From Candidatus Velthaea sp. (GTDB taxonomy: Bacteria; Vulcanimicrobiota; Vulcanimicrobiia; Vulcanimicrobiales; Vulcanimicrobiaceae), in the NCBI GenBank assembly GCA_050012475.1, contig JBEKHC010000036.1, positions 1 through 44,664 on the forward strand: a stretch of 44,664 nt of DNA, in the 5' to 3' direction. Below, one piece after another: positions 10,780-18,935 of the stretch (the stretch's first letter is position 1; each line of letters starts with the position of its first letter). The notes under the pieces are model-generated. The model saw only the letters and a program-made list of their open reading frames with translations. It was not told the origin of the DNA and did no database searches. Both the position numbers and the translations under genes were made by a program.

Positions 10780-11454
10780 TTAATCGCGCAGCGCGTAGCC
10801 GACGCCGCGGACGGTTTGGATCAGCTTCTCCTCGAAGCCGTCGTCGATCTTGCCGCGCAGATAGCGGATGTAGACGTCGATGAGATTCGAGTCGCCGAGA
10901 AAATCGCTGCCCCACACGCCGTTGAACAGCTCGTCGCGGGTGTGCACCTTGTTGCGGTGCAGCAGCAAATACTCGAGCAGCCCGTATTCCTTGGCGGTCA
11001 GCGCGATCATCGTTCCGCCGCGCCGGACTTCGTGCCGGTCGCGATCCATGGTGAGATCTTTGGCTGCGAGCACGTTGCTTGCCGGGTTTTTGTCGCGCAG
11101 CCGGGCGCGCACCCGAGCCAGCAATTCCTCGATCGAAAACGGTTTGGCCAGATAATCATCCGCCCCGGCGTCCAGGCCCGCGACCCGGTCGGGGATGCGG
11201 TCCTTGGCCGTGAGCATGATGATCGGAACCTTGCTTTTGGCGCGCAAACGGCTGGCCACTTCCATCCCGTCGAGTTTGGGCAGCATCAAATCAAGGATCA
11301 CCAGATCCGGTTCTTTGAGCGCGCGTTCCAAGCCCGACAAGCCGTCGCGGGCCGTTTCGACATCGTAGCCTTCGTGCTTGAGTTCGAGTTCGAGGACGCG
11401 CGAGATCTGCGCGTCGTCCTCGACCACGAGTACCTTGAATTTGCGATCTTGAAT
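10780..11454 (-). CDS. OmpR/PhoB-family response regulator (probable ATT start)
   Basis: KVLVVEDD, LDLMLP, MLTAK, GADDYLAKPF, IQTVRGVGY. GGAGG lies 8 nt before an in-frame ATT at 11454. Confidence 0.93.
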   Translation of the reverse strand: MQDRKFKVLVVEDDAQISRVLELELKHEGYDVETARDGLSGLERALKEPDLVILDLMLPKLDGMEVASRLRAKSKVPIIMLTAKDRIPDRVAGLDAGADDYLAKPFSIEELLARVRARLRDKNPASNVLAAKDLTMDRDRHEVRRGGTMIALTAKEYGLLEYLLLHRNKVHTRDELFNGVWGSDFLGDSNLIDVYIRYLRGKIDDGFEEKLIQTVRGVGYALRD

Positions 11455-11497
11455 TGGCTGCGCCTCCGGCTAGTCGCGCGTTGCGTCGCGTGGGCTG

Positions 11498-11857
11498 CTA
11501 ACGATTCGTTGTTTGGGGCCGTGACGCCGGCAGCGAGAATTGCGAGATCCAGACCACGCACGAAACGCCGAGCACGGTCCACATCAGGGCGCTCACGGAA
11601 ACGAGCGCAGCGAGTGCGTCGACCGCGCTGCCGACCGCGCGGCTGATCGTTCCGCCAAGGTCGGGGCTCGCCGTGCCGACCAGGAAGGCCAGCCACACCA
11701 TCAACGCCGCGAGCGTGCCGATCAGCCAGATTTCCCAAGCCCGAAACGTCAGCGGCGGACGCGCGATCGTCGCCGCCAGAATCCGCGGGCGCAAGTCGAC
11801 CGGCGGCTCTTCCAGCGGAAGAGCGAACAGTGCTCGCTCGAGCTCGTCGTCGGTCAT
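11498..11857 (-). CDS. Small membrane protein, putative anti-sigma factor
   Basis: Directly downstream of the ECF sigma gene; 'LPLEEPPVDLRPRILA' followed by two TM helices. Confidence 0.6.
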   Translation of the reverse strand: MTDDELERALFALPLEEPPVDLRPRILAATIARPPLTFRAWEIWLIGTLAALMVWLAFLVGTASPDLGGTISRAVGSAVDALAALVSVSALMWTVLGVSCVVWISQFSLPASRPQTTNR

Positions 11858-11888
11858 GATACCCTCTTTTCGGCTCGCAGCCGTGCAG

Positions 11889-12500
11889 TCATTTGCCCCT
11901 CGCGCGGATCTCGTCGGCGCCCTCGTCGAGCGTCTTGCGTAACTGTTCCTTGGCCCGGAAAAGGTGCGTTTTTACCGTTCCCAGCGGCAGGTCGAGGACT
12001 TGGGCGATCTCCTCATACTGTTTGTTTTGCAGATGGAACAGCGTGATGACGGTGCGGTATTTCTCGGGCAGCGCGTCGATGGCGGCGCGCAGCCGGCGCG
12101 CTTCGTCGGCCCTTTCCGCCTGCTCCGGCGGGCCGGCGGCGGGATCGGCCCGGTCTGGCAGCTCGTCGCCGGAAAAGCGTTTGCGCCGCGCGAGCCGGTC
12201 GCAGCAGACCCGGTAGGCGATGGTGAAAATCCAGGTCGAGAATTTCGCTCCGCGCCGAAAGGTGCGCAGCGCGCGGAACGCTTTGAAGAACGCTTCTTGC
12301 GTTGCGTCTTTGGCTTCTTCGCCATCGCGCAGCGTGCGCACGGCGAGATGATAGACCGCGCGCTCGTAGCGTTCCACCAGAATCCCGAACGCTTCGCTCC
12401 GGCCGGCGGCCGCCTCCGCAATGAGGTCGTCCTCGGCCGCGAGCGTCTCCGCGGCCGCTATCGGCGCCGCCCGCGGTTCGACCAGCAGCGCGAGTCCCAC
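11889..12500 (-). CDS. ECF sigma-70 factor (SigW/RpoE-like)
   Basis: Region 2 DATQEAFFKA...FSTWIFTIA; region 4 YEEIAQVLDLPLGTVKTHLFRA. Start uncertain (GTG 12500). Confidence 0.93.
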   Translation of the reverse strand: MGLALLVEPRAAPIAAAETLAAEDDLIAEAAAGRSEAFGILVERYERAVYHLAVRTLRDGEEAKDATQEAFFKAFRALRTFRRGAKFSTWIFTIAYRVCCDRLARRKRFSGDELPDRADPAAGPPEQAERADEARRLRAAIDALPEKYRTVITLFHLQNKQYEEIAQVLDLPLGTVKTHLFRAKEQLRKTLDEGADEIRARGK

Positions 12501-12722
12501 GATGCCGCATGTACGCCGGCGCGGGCCACAAGTTTCGCGGAAGCGTCCGAAACATCGATGCGGCGGGGTCGTACATGGTGCAGTTCCATCGCCACCTTGA
12601 GGATACGCATCATGCTGACCAAGCCGCAACCCTTCGACCAGCCATTTTCCGACCGCCGCCTGACGTCAGCCGCACCGCGCCCGGCTGCGACGTTCCCCGG
12701 CTGGGGACCGAAGATTTAGCCG

Positions 12723-13646
12723 GTGGACAGCCGTCGCTTGGCGATCGTCGCCGGACTGGGCGTCGTGGAGTTATGGGTCGTCGGTTTGATGATCTGCTCG
12801 GTTGCGGGCGGGCACATGGCCAATTTTTCACGGCTGTCGGCCCACCGCACCGCGCCCGATGCCGGTCTTCGCGCGGCAAAGACGCTCGAGACCGGCCCGG
12901 CCCCGCACGTGGTCATCGATGACAAGAACGCGACGCTGACCGTCACCGTGCAACCCGGGACAATCGTGTCGGTCAGCGAGAAGACCGACGTGCAAGGCTG
13001 GGTCAGCGGGAAGCGCCGCCCGCTCGTCGTCGAGCGGACCGCCGACGGGGTCCGGATCGCGCGGGGCGACGGGCCGCTGGAAGTCTTCATGGGCCTCGTC
13101 GAGCGGCGGCTGGACGTCATCGTTCCGCCCGCCGCGCGTGTGGATGTGCGTAACGCCGGATCGACCGCGCTCTCGGGCTTGCGCGCCGACGCCGTGCTGC
13201 ACAGTGATGCGGGATCGATCGTCGTGAACGATCAGCGCGGTACGCTCGACGTGCGCACCGACGACGGCCGGATCGAATTGCACGGCGTCGTCGCGCCGTC
13301 GGTCGAGCTGGCCTCGGATAGCGGCCGGATCGTCCTGGACGGGGTACAGGCCGATCGCGTCGCGGTGAGCACGGACGACGGCCGAATCGACGTTTGGCGC
13401 TCGCTCCTCCATGCCGGAAAGATGCAAACCGCGAACGGACACATCGGTCTGGAACTCGACCCGCGCAGCGACGTTACCGTCAGCGCGCGCACGTCGTCGG
13501 GCAAAGTCACCGCCGACGCGCCGTTGCTCCTCGCCGGCGGCGATGGCGGCCACTCGTCTTCGAGCATTCGCGTCGGTAACGGCAGCGGGCGCCTAGAGGT
13601 CGGGAGCGATGACGGGTCAATCAGGGTTTCAGCCGGGGGAGTGTGA
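12723..13646 (+). CDS. DUF4097 family beta-strand-repeat membrane protein
   Basis: N-terminal TM and repeated 'TDDGRI/SDSGRI/TSSGKV/SDDGSI' units. Confidence 0.8.
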   Translation: MDSRRLAIVAGLGVVELWVVGLMICSVAGGHMANFSRLSAHRTAPDAGLRAAKTLETGPAPHVVIDDKNATLTVTVQPGTIVSVSEKTDVQGWVSGKRRPLVVERTADGVRIARGDGPLEVFMGLVERRLDVIVPPAARVDVRNAGSTALSGLRADAVLHSDAGSIVVNDQRGTLDVRTDDGRIELHGVVAPSVELASDSGRIVLDGVQADRVAVSTDDGRIDVWRSLLHAGKMQTANGHIGLELDPRSDVTVSARTSSGKVTADAPLLLAGGDGGHSSSSIRVGNGSGRLEVGSDDGSIRVSAGGV

Positions 13647-13652
13647 CACGCA

Positions 13653-14252
13653 ATGAGCGACAACGCCGTCGCCGCGCTGGCGGTTTTCTGTATCTTCGGA
13701 CTGCCGATCGGCGCGTTCATCGTGTTGCGGGTGCTCGCCCACCGGGAACGGATCGAGATGATTCGCCGGGGCATGATTCCGCCGACCCGCTTTGCGAGCC
13801 GAGACTGGCGCAGCATCGACCCTGGGCCGGGTGCCCCGCCGCCCGCGCCGGGGCCAGCCTGGAGGCCGGATCCCGGCTACCTGGACGGGGCCGACCGCAG
13901 TCTGCGCAAGGGCATCACGTTGGCGCTCATCGGCCTGGCGATTCTGATCGGCTTGTCGTTCATCGGCTACGACACCGGCGGGCCGCTCAACACGCCCCAG
14001 CTGCATCCCGGGCCCTGGCTGCTCGGGGGCTTGATTCCGATGTTCGTCGGAATCGCGCAGATCATCGTTGCGCTGCTTTCCGGTGCGCGGCTAGGCGTGC
14101 CGGGAACGCGTTCGATGCCGCCGCCGTATCCCGATGCGCCACGGACGCCGCCACCGTCCCCGCCCGGAGGCTCCGCCTACGGACCCGAGCCGCGCACGCA
14201 TTCCGGTTACGAGGAGCTCAAACGTCCGTCAAACCCGCCGGACGTGCGCTAA
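13653..14252 (+). CDS. Membrane protein (DUF6249-like), Pro-rich
   Basis: TM-HRERIEMIRRGM, 'SLRKGITLALIGLAI', 'GLIPMFVGIAQI'. Divergent from the ECF sigma gene. Confidence 0.65.
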   Translation: MSDNAVAALAVFCIFGLPIGAFIVLRVLAHRERIEMIRRGMIPPTRFASRDWRSIDPGPGAPPPAPGPAWRPDPGYLDGADRSLRKGITLALIGLAILIGLSFIGYDTGGPLNTPQLHPGPWLLGGLIPMFVGIAQIIVALLSGARLGVPGTRSMPPPYPDAPRTPPPSPPGGSAYGPEPRTHSGYEELKRPSNPPDVR

Positions 14253-14268
14253 ACCCCTCGATTTGGGC

Positions 14269-14308
14269 GAAAGAAAAGACGCGGGCCGCCGGAGCGATCC
14301 GCGTCTTT
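14269..14308. terminator. Intrinsic terminator between convergent genes (U-tract strongest on - strand)
   Basis: AAAGAAAAGACGCGG-GCCGC-CGGA-GCGAT-CCGCGTCTTT hairpin. Confidence 0.75.
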
Positions 14309-14332
14309 GCTACAAGGAACGGTTGCTTCTCG

Positions 14333-14473
14333 CTACCGACAGCTCACGATCGCCATGGCCCAGCCGGCGGACGTTCGAGTGCGGACGAGATATCCGTGTT
14401 CCGTGCGGTCATAGACATGATAGCCCGCTCGTAGCGCGTCAGCTAATGTCCGAAAGACCATGACTCCGGCCAT
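14333..14473 (-). CDS. Unannotated 46-aa small protein MAGVMVFRTLADALRAGYHVYDRTEHGYLVRTRTSAGWAMAIVSCR
   Basis: AAGGAG SD 7 nt before ATG, TAG stop, terminator ~25 nt downstream. Below the ORF-track length cutoff. Confidence 0.8.
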   Translation of the reverse strand: MAGVMVFRTLADALRAGYHVYDRTEHGYLVRTRTSAGWAMAIVSCR

Positions 14474-14655
14474 CTCGATTCTCCTTTCCGTGATCTGCTT
14501 ACGGTACACCGTACAACGCGTCGGTGCGTGAGATGGTTCACTTTCCCGTGATTTCTCTATCGGTTGGATGCCGTTAATAGTGAAGATTCAACCGAATCTA
14601 ACCGATTTTTTACCAACGCGATGAATTGCAGCCCGCTCGTCTAACCTGAACGGAC

Positions 14656-15375
14656 ATGGCAGCCCGGCTCGTGGTGGCAATCGATGTTCCTCAATTCGAG
14701 CGCGCAAGGGAACTCGTTCACCTGTTGTCGCCGCTGGATCTCATGTTCAAGATCGGTTATGAGGCGTTTTACGGATATGCTGATGCCATAAGTCCCGTGC
14801 TCACCGAGACCGGTGCCCAGTACATGCTCGATGTCAAATTGCACGACATCCCGCGCACCGTGCATGCCGCGGTTCGCGCGCTGGTTCGGCCCGGGGTTCG
14901 GCTGCTCACCGTGCACGCGCTCGGCGGCCGCGCAATGTTAGAAGCTGCCGTCCATGCCGCGCAGGAACGCGCGGCGGAATTACGCATCGCCGCGCCCGAA
15001 ATCTTAGCGATTACGATCTTGACCAGCATCGCGCCGGGCGACCTCAAAGAACTCGGTTTACCCGGCGGCCCGGGCGAAAACGCGTTGCGGCTGGCCGCGC
15101 TGGCGCGCGACGCCCGCTGCTCGGGTGTCGTCTGCAGCGTCCACGAAGTCGCCGAACTCAAGGCGTTCTTCGGTCCCGGCTTCATGTGTTTGACGCCCGG
15201 CATCCGACCTGCGGGAACGTCGCACGGCGATCAAATGCGCGTTGCGACGCCGCGCCAGGCGCAAACCGCGGGTGCGGACTTCATCGTGGTCGGCCGTCCG
15301 ATCGTCGCCGACGCCGATCCGCACAATGCTGCGCGCTTCATTCTCGACGACTTAGCGGCCGGCGCGCAAGCATGA
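14656..15375 (+). CDS. pyrF: Orotidine-5'-phosphate decarboxylase
   Basis: DVKLHDIPRT, TVHALGG, TPGIRP, GDQMRVATP, VVGRPI. Confidence 0.96.
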   Translation: MAARLVVAIDVPQFERARELVHLLSPLDLMFKIGYEAFYGYADAISPVLTETGAQYMLDVKLHDIPRTVHAAVRALVRPGVRLLTVHALGGRAMLEAAVHAAQERAAELRIAAPEILAITILTSIAPGDLKELGLPGGPGENALRLAALARDARCSGVVCSVHEVAELKAFFGPGFMCLTPGIRPAGTSHGDQMRVATPRQAQTAGADFIVVGRPIVADADPHNAARFILDDLAAGAQA

Positions 15376-15941
15376 CCGGCGACGCATTGCTCGACGCGCT
15401 GAGCCGGCGCGGGGCGATTCTCGACGGCCACTTCCGGCTCTCGTCGGGGCGGCATTCGCAGCGCTTCGTGCAAAAATTTCGCATTCTCGAAGACCCCGTG
15501 CTCGTCGCCAACGTCGCCGCAGATATCGTCGCCGGCGTGCGCTCATTTGCGCCGACGGTCGTGGTGAGTGCCGCCGTCGGCGGAATCGTGCTAGGCTACG
15601 AGTGCGCGCGCCAACTCGGAACCTTCGCGCTTTTCGTCGAGAAAGAACACGGCGTTCCGACGCTGCGGCGCGGGTTCGAGCTCGCCGCCGACGACCGGGT
15701 GCTCGTCGTCGAAGATGTCGTGACGACGGGCCTCTCGGTGCGCGAGATCTTCGACGTCGTGCGCGACAACGGCGCCCACATTGTCGCTGCAGGCGTGATC
15801 GTCCGGCGCTCGCTCGTGGACTTCGGCGTTCCCACCGTTGCGCTGCTCGATTTGCCGATTGAGTCGTTTGCGGCCGAAGATTGTCCGCAGTGCGCTGCCG
15901 GCATCCCGCTCGCCGAACCGGGTTCGCGCTTTTTGGGATAG
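15372..15941 (+). CDS. pyrE: Orotate phosphoribosyltransferase
   Basis: GHFRLSSGRHS, PRPP motif VVEDVVTTGLS; ATGA overlap with pyrF. Confidence 0.95.
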   Translation: MTGDALLDALSRRGAILDGHFRLSSGRHSQRFVQKFRILEDPVLVANVAADIVAGVRSFAPTVVVSAAVGGIVLGYECARQLGTFALFVEKEHGVPTLRRGFELAADDRVLVVEDVVTTGLSVREIFDVVRDNGAHIVAAGVIVRRSLVDFGVPTVALLDLPIESFAAEDCPQCAAGIPLAEPGSRFLG

Positions 15942-16078
15942 CAGGGTTAGGGCGAACTCTTCGAGTTCGCCTTAACCCGTGGCGTTCGGCGCTGCGCGCC
16001 GAGTCGCGCGTTGCGTTTGCGGCTGCGCCGCGAGCCGCAGTGGCGTTGGGCGCCGCGCGCCGAGCCGCGGGTGGCTCG
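15941..16078 (+). repeat. Intergenic hairpin plus tandem palindromic repeat element, copy B
   Basis: GCAGGGTTAGGGCGAACTC-TTC-GAGTTCGCCTTAACCC, then three 30-31 nt GTGGCG...TGC...GAGCCGC units. Confidence 0.85.
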
Positions 16079-16151
16079 CTTCCGGTCGAAGCTGAGGCCT
16101 TTCCGTCCGCCACAAGTGGAGTGCATTACTCTGGGCGAAGCGCTCGCTGAC

Positions 16152-17273
16152 ATGCGCTACGAAAATCTGTTGCGGCCGGCGGTCCGGTTTATCAAGCCGT
16201 ATACTGCCGGGACGACCGTGAACCAAGCAAAGGCGCGCTTCGGGCTCGAGCACGTCGTCAAACTGAGTTCGAACGAGAACCCCTTGGGCGCCTCACCGCG
16301 CGCTCTGGCGGCTCTTTCGAGCGTTCCCAACGCAAACATCTACGTCGACGACGACCATCCCGAACTGCGGACGCGCCTCGGCGAACGTCACGGTTTGGGC
16401 AAAGATCACGTCATCGTCGGACACGGCAGCAACGACGTGTTGCTGACGCTGTTCGCAACGTTCGTCGCGCCCGGCGACGAGGTCGTGCTCGCCGATCCCA
16501 CCTTCTCGCTGTTTGCGAAAAATGCGCTGCTGTTCGATGCCGTGCCGGTCCGCGTTCCGCTGCGCGAGGGCGTGCACGATCTCCACGCGATGCAGCAAGC
16601 GGTCACGCCGAAAACGAAATTGGTCATCGTTTGCGATCCCAACAATCCGACGGGCACCCGCGTCGAAGGCGAAGCATTCGCTCGCTTTGCTGCCGAGCTG
16701 CCGCCGCAGATCGTGCTCGTCATCGATCAGGCGTACCGCGAATATATGCCGGCTGGAAGCGTCGACGGCGTCGATATCCTGCGCGTTCGCCCGACGACGG
16801 TCGTGACCCGCACGCTGTCCAAGCTTTACGGTCTGGCAGCAGTCCGATTCGGTTACGGCTTGTCCGAGCCGGCGCTCATCGCTTACATGCAGCGCGTGCG
16901 CACGCCGTTCAACGTTTCGGGTCCGGCCGCGCGAGCGGCGCTGGCGGCGCTCGACGACGCGGAGTTCGTCGCGCGAACGCTCGAGACCAACATCGCCGGC
17001 AAGGCTTTTCTCGAACGCGAGTTCACGCGTTTGGGCTTGCGCTATTTTCCCACGGCGGCCAATTTTTTCGCCGTGAGCGTCCCCGTCAGTGCGACCGCGG
17101 CCTATGACGCGCTGCTCGAGCGCGGCATCGTCGTGCGTTCGGGCGACGGTCTGGGTTTGCCCGAACATTTGCGGATCACGATCGGAACCCAAAGCGAGAA
17201 CGAAGCGCTGATCGCCGCGCTCGACCCGCTGGTTGCCGGCTGGACGGCAGCGCCGGCGCGCCGGCTGGCATGA
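16152..17273 (+). CDS. hisC: Histidinol-phosphate aminotransferase
   Basis: KLSSNENPLG, GHGSN, PNNPTG, DQAY, PLP-Lys motif RTLSKLYGLA, LRITIG. Confidence 0.92.
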   Translation: MRYENLLRPAVRFIKPYTAGTTVNQAKARFGLEHVVKLSSNENPLGASPRALAALSSVPNANIYVDDDHPELRTRLGERHGLGKDHVIVGHGSNDVLLTLFATFVAPGDEVVLADPTFSLFAKNALLFDAVPVRVPLREGVHDLHAMQQAVTPKTKLVIVCDPNNPTGTRVEGEAFARFAAELPPQIVLVIDQAYREYMPAGSVDGVDILRVRPTTVVTRTLSKLYGLAAVRFGYGLSEPALIAYMQRVRTPFNVSGPAARAALAALDDAEFVARTLETNIAGKAFLEREFTRLGLRYFPTAANFFAVSVPVSATAAYDALLERGIVVRSGDGLGLPEHLRITIGTQSENEALIAALDPLVAGWTAAPARRLA

Positions 17274-17740
17274 CGCCCGCGATCTCGATCCGGATGGGCG
17301 ACGAACGGGATCGGAACTTCGTGCTCGATTTGGGCCGGCGCGTGTGCGGCACGAGCCTGTCGGCCGTTCGCCCGGCGCCGCTCCCGCTCGTCGAATTAGC
17401 CTTCGATCGGCTCTTCGCGTACATTTTCTTGCACCCGCACGACTTGCTTATCGCGACCGCGGGCTCGCGCCGCTGCGGATTTCTGGTGTTGTTGCGCAAT
17501 CTGCCCGACGAAGTCACCACGACCGAGCAAGCCTTCGTCGCGTACATGGCGGTCGAGCCCGACGACCGGCGGCGCGGCGCCGGTGCTGCGCTTCTGCGCG
17601 GAGCCGAAGACATCGCGCGCGCGGACGGCTTGGGTTACCTGTCGCTCATGGTGACCGAAGACAACGTGGCGGCGCGCCGGCTCTACGGAAGTTTGGGATT
17701 GCAGACCGAGCGCCGTATGATGACCAAGGCCTTGGTGTGA
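17270..17740 (+). CDS. GNAT N-acetyltransferase
   Basis: MAVEPDDRRRGAGAALL, NVAARRLYGSLG. Confidence 0.88.
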   Translation: MTPAISIRMGDERDRNFVLDLGRRVCGTSLSAVRPAPLPLVELAFDRLFAYIFLHPHDLLIATAGSRRCGFLVLLRNLPDEVTTTEQAFVAYMAVEPDDRRRGAGAALLRGAEDIARADGLGYLSLMVTEDNVAARRLYGSLGLQTERRMMTKALV

Positions 17741-18930
17741 AGGCGCGGCTCGTCCGGCGCACGCTCATTGCGCTCGCGGCGGTGGTGCTCATCGCCGTGC
17801 TGGGTGTGTTCTTTGCGCACATTCCGCGCACAGTCACCGTGTTTCTCATCGCCGCGTTCATCGCGTTCGGGGCGACGCCGCTGGTGCGGCGGCTCGAATC
17901 CCGCATGCCGCGCGCGGCGGCGATCGGCATCGTGTACCTGGCGCTGCTCGGCGCGCTGGTCGTCATCGCGCTCGTCGTCATCCCCGTGACGTATGCCCAG
18001 ATGGCCTCGCTGCTCTTTCACGCGCCGGACTACGTCAACGCTTCGCAAGAACTCGTTGCGCGCGCGGTTCGCGCGCTGCAAGCGCGGTTCGGCAACCGCA
18101 TCATTCTGCCCAGCGTCGCCGATCTGCAAGCGGAGGTCGGCGGCCGCGTCGCCGGCGTCCTGAGCACCGCGCTCGATTCGGTCGGCGCGTTCGTCGTCGG
18201 CACCGTAAACGTCCTGTTCATCGGTGTTTCCGCGTTGATCCTGTCGATTTTTTTCGTGTCGCGCAGCCCGCTCTTCGGGCATAGTTTGCTCGAATTCGTG
18301 CCGCCCGGCAAGCGCGAAGAGACCAAAAGGCTGTTCGATGAAATTGCGTCGATCTTCGGACACTTCATCGCGGGTCAGGCCTTCTTGTGCGCGATCGTCG
18401 GCGTCATTGTCTGGGTCGCCCTGCTGCCGCTGCATTTCAGTTTTTCGCTGCTCGTGGCGGTCATTTGCGGCTTGGGTTACGCGGTTCCGTTCGTCGGAAT
18501 GATCGTCGCGCAGGTCTTGGCTGCGGTTCTGGCGATCCCGCAGGGCGGCGCAATGGTGGCCTCGGTGACGGTGGAAATCTTCGTGATCTCGCGCGTGGCC
18601 GACAATTTGCTGGTTCCCAAGGTCATGTCGCAAAGCGTCGGCGTGTCGCCGATCGGCGTGATGTTCGCCGTCTTCGCGGGCGGCGAGCTTTTCGGTGTCC
18701 CGGGCTTGCTGCTCGGCATTCCCGCCGCGGCGATGGTCAAAGTCCTGTTCAAGTTTTTCGTCCAGCCGTACATCTTGCGCATGCAGCTGAGCGACACCGG
18801 GGCCGCCGACGTGCCCGGACTAGTGGCGGATGGTGACGCGAAGGAAGTCGACGTAGAGATTGTGGTTGCGGACGCGTCCGAACGCGCGCCTGATGCGCAG
18901 CCGTCAGTCGTCGTCGGCATCCGATCTTAA
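17737..18930 (+). CDS. AI-2E (PerM) family transporter
   Basis: Multi-TM; VPFVG, DNLLVPKVMSQSVGVSP, GGELFGVPGLLLGIP. GTG start overlaps the GNAT stop. Confidence 0.92.
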   Translation: MKARLVRRTLIALAAVVLIAVLGVFFAHIPRTVTVFLIAAFIAFGATPLVRRLESRMPRAAAIGIVYLALLGALVVIALVVIPVTYAQMASLLFHAPDYVNASQELVARAVRALQARFGNRIILPSVADLQAEVGGRVAGVLSTALDSVGAFVVGTVNVLFIGVSALILSIFFVSRSPLFGHSLLEFVPPGKREETKRLFDEIASIFGHFIAGQAFLCAIVGVIVWVALLPLHFSFSLLVAVICGLGYAVPFVGMIVAQVLAAVLAIPQGGAMVASVTVEIFVISRVADNLLVPKVMSQSVGVSPIGVMFAVFAGGELFGVPGLLLGIPAAAMVKVLFKFFVQPYILRMQLSDTGAADVPGLVADGDAKEVDVEIVVADASERAPDAQPSVVVGIRS

Positions 18931-18935
18931 AAACT

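Noticed and set aside
9871..11646. Long antisense ORFs (also 3478-5097, 27006-28052, 6799-7659, 17683-18633)
   Set aside because: Shadow frames of real GC-rich genes, with no motifs.
14474..14655. PyrR attenuator before pyrF
   Set aside because: No PyrR-binding loop or terminator on the + strand.
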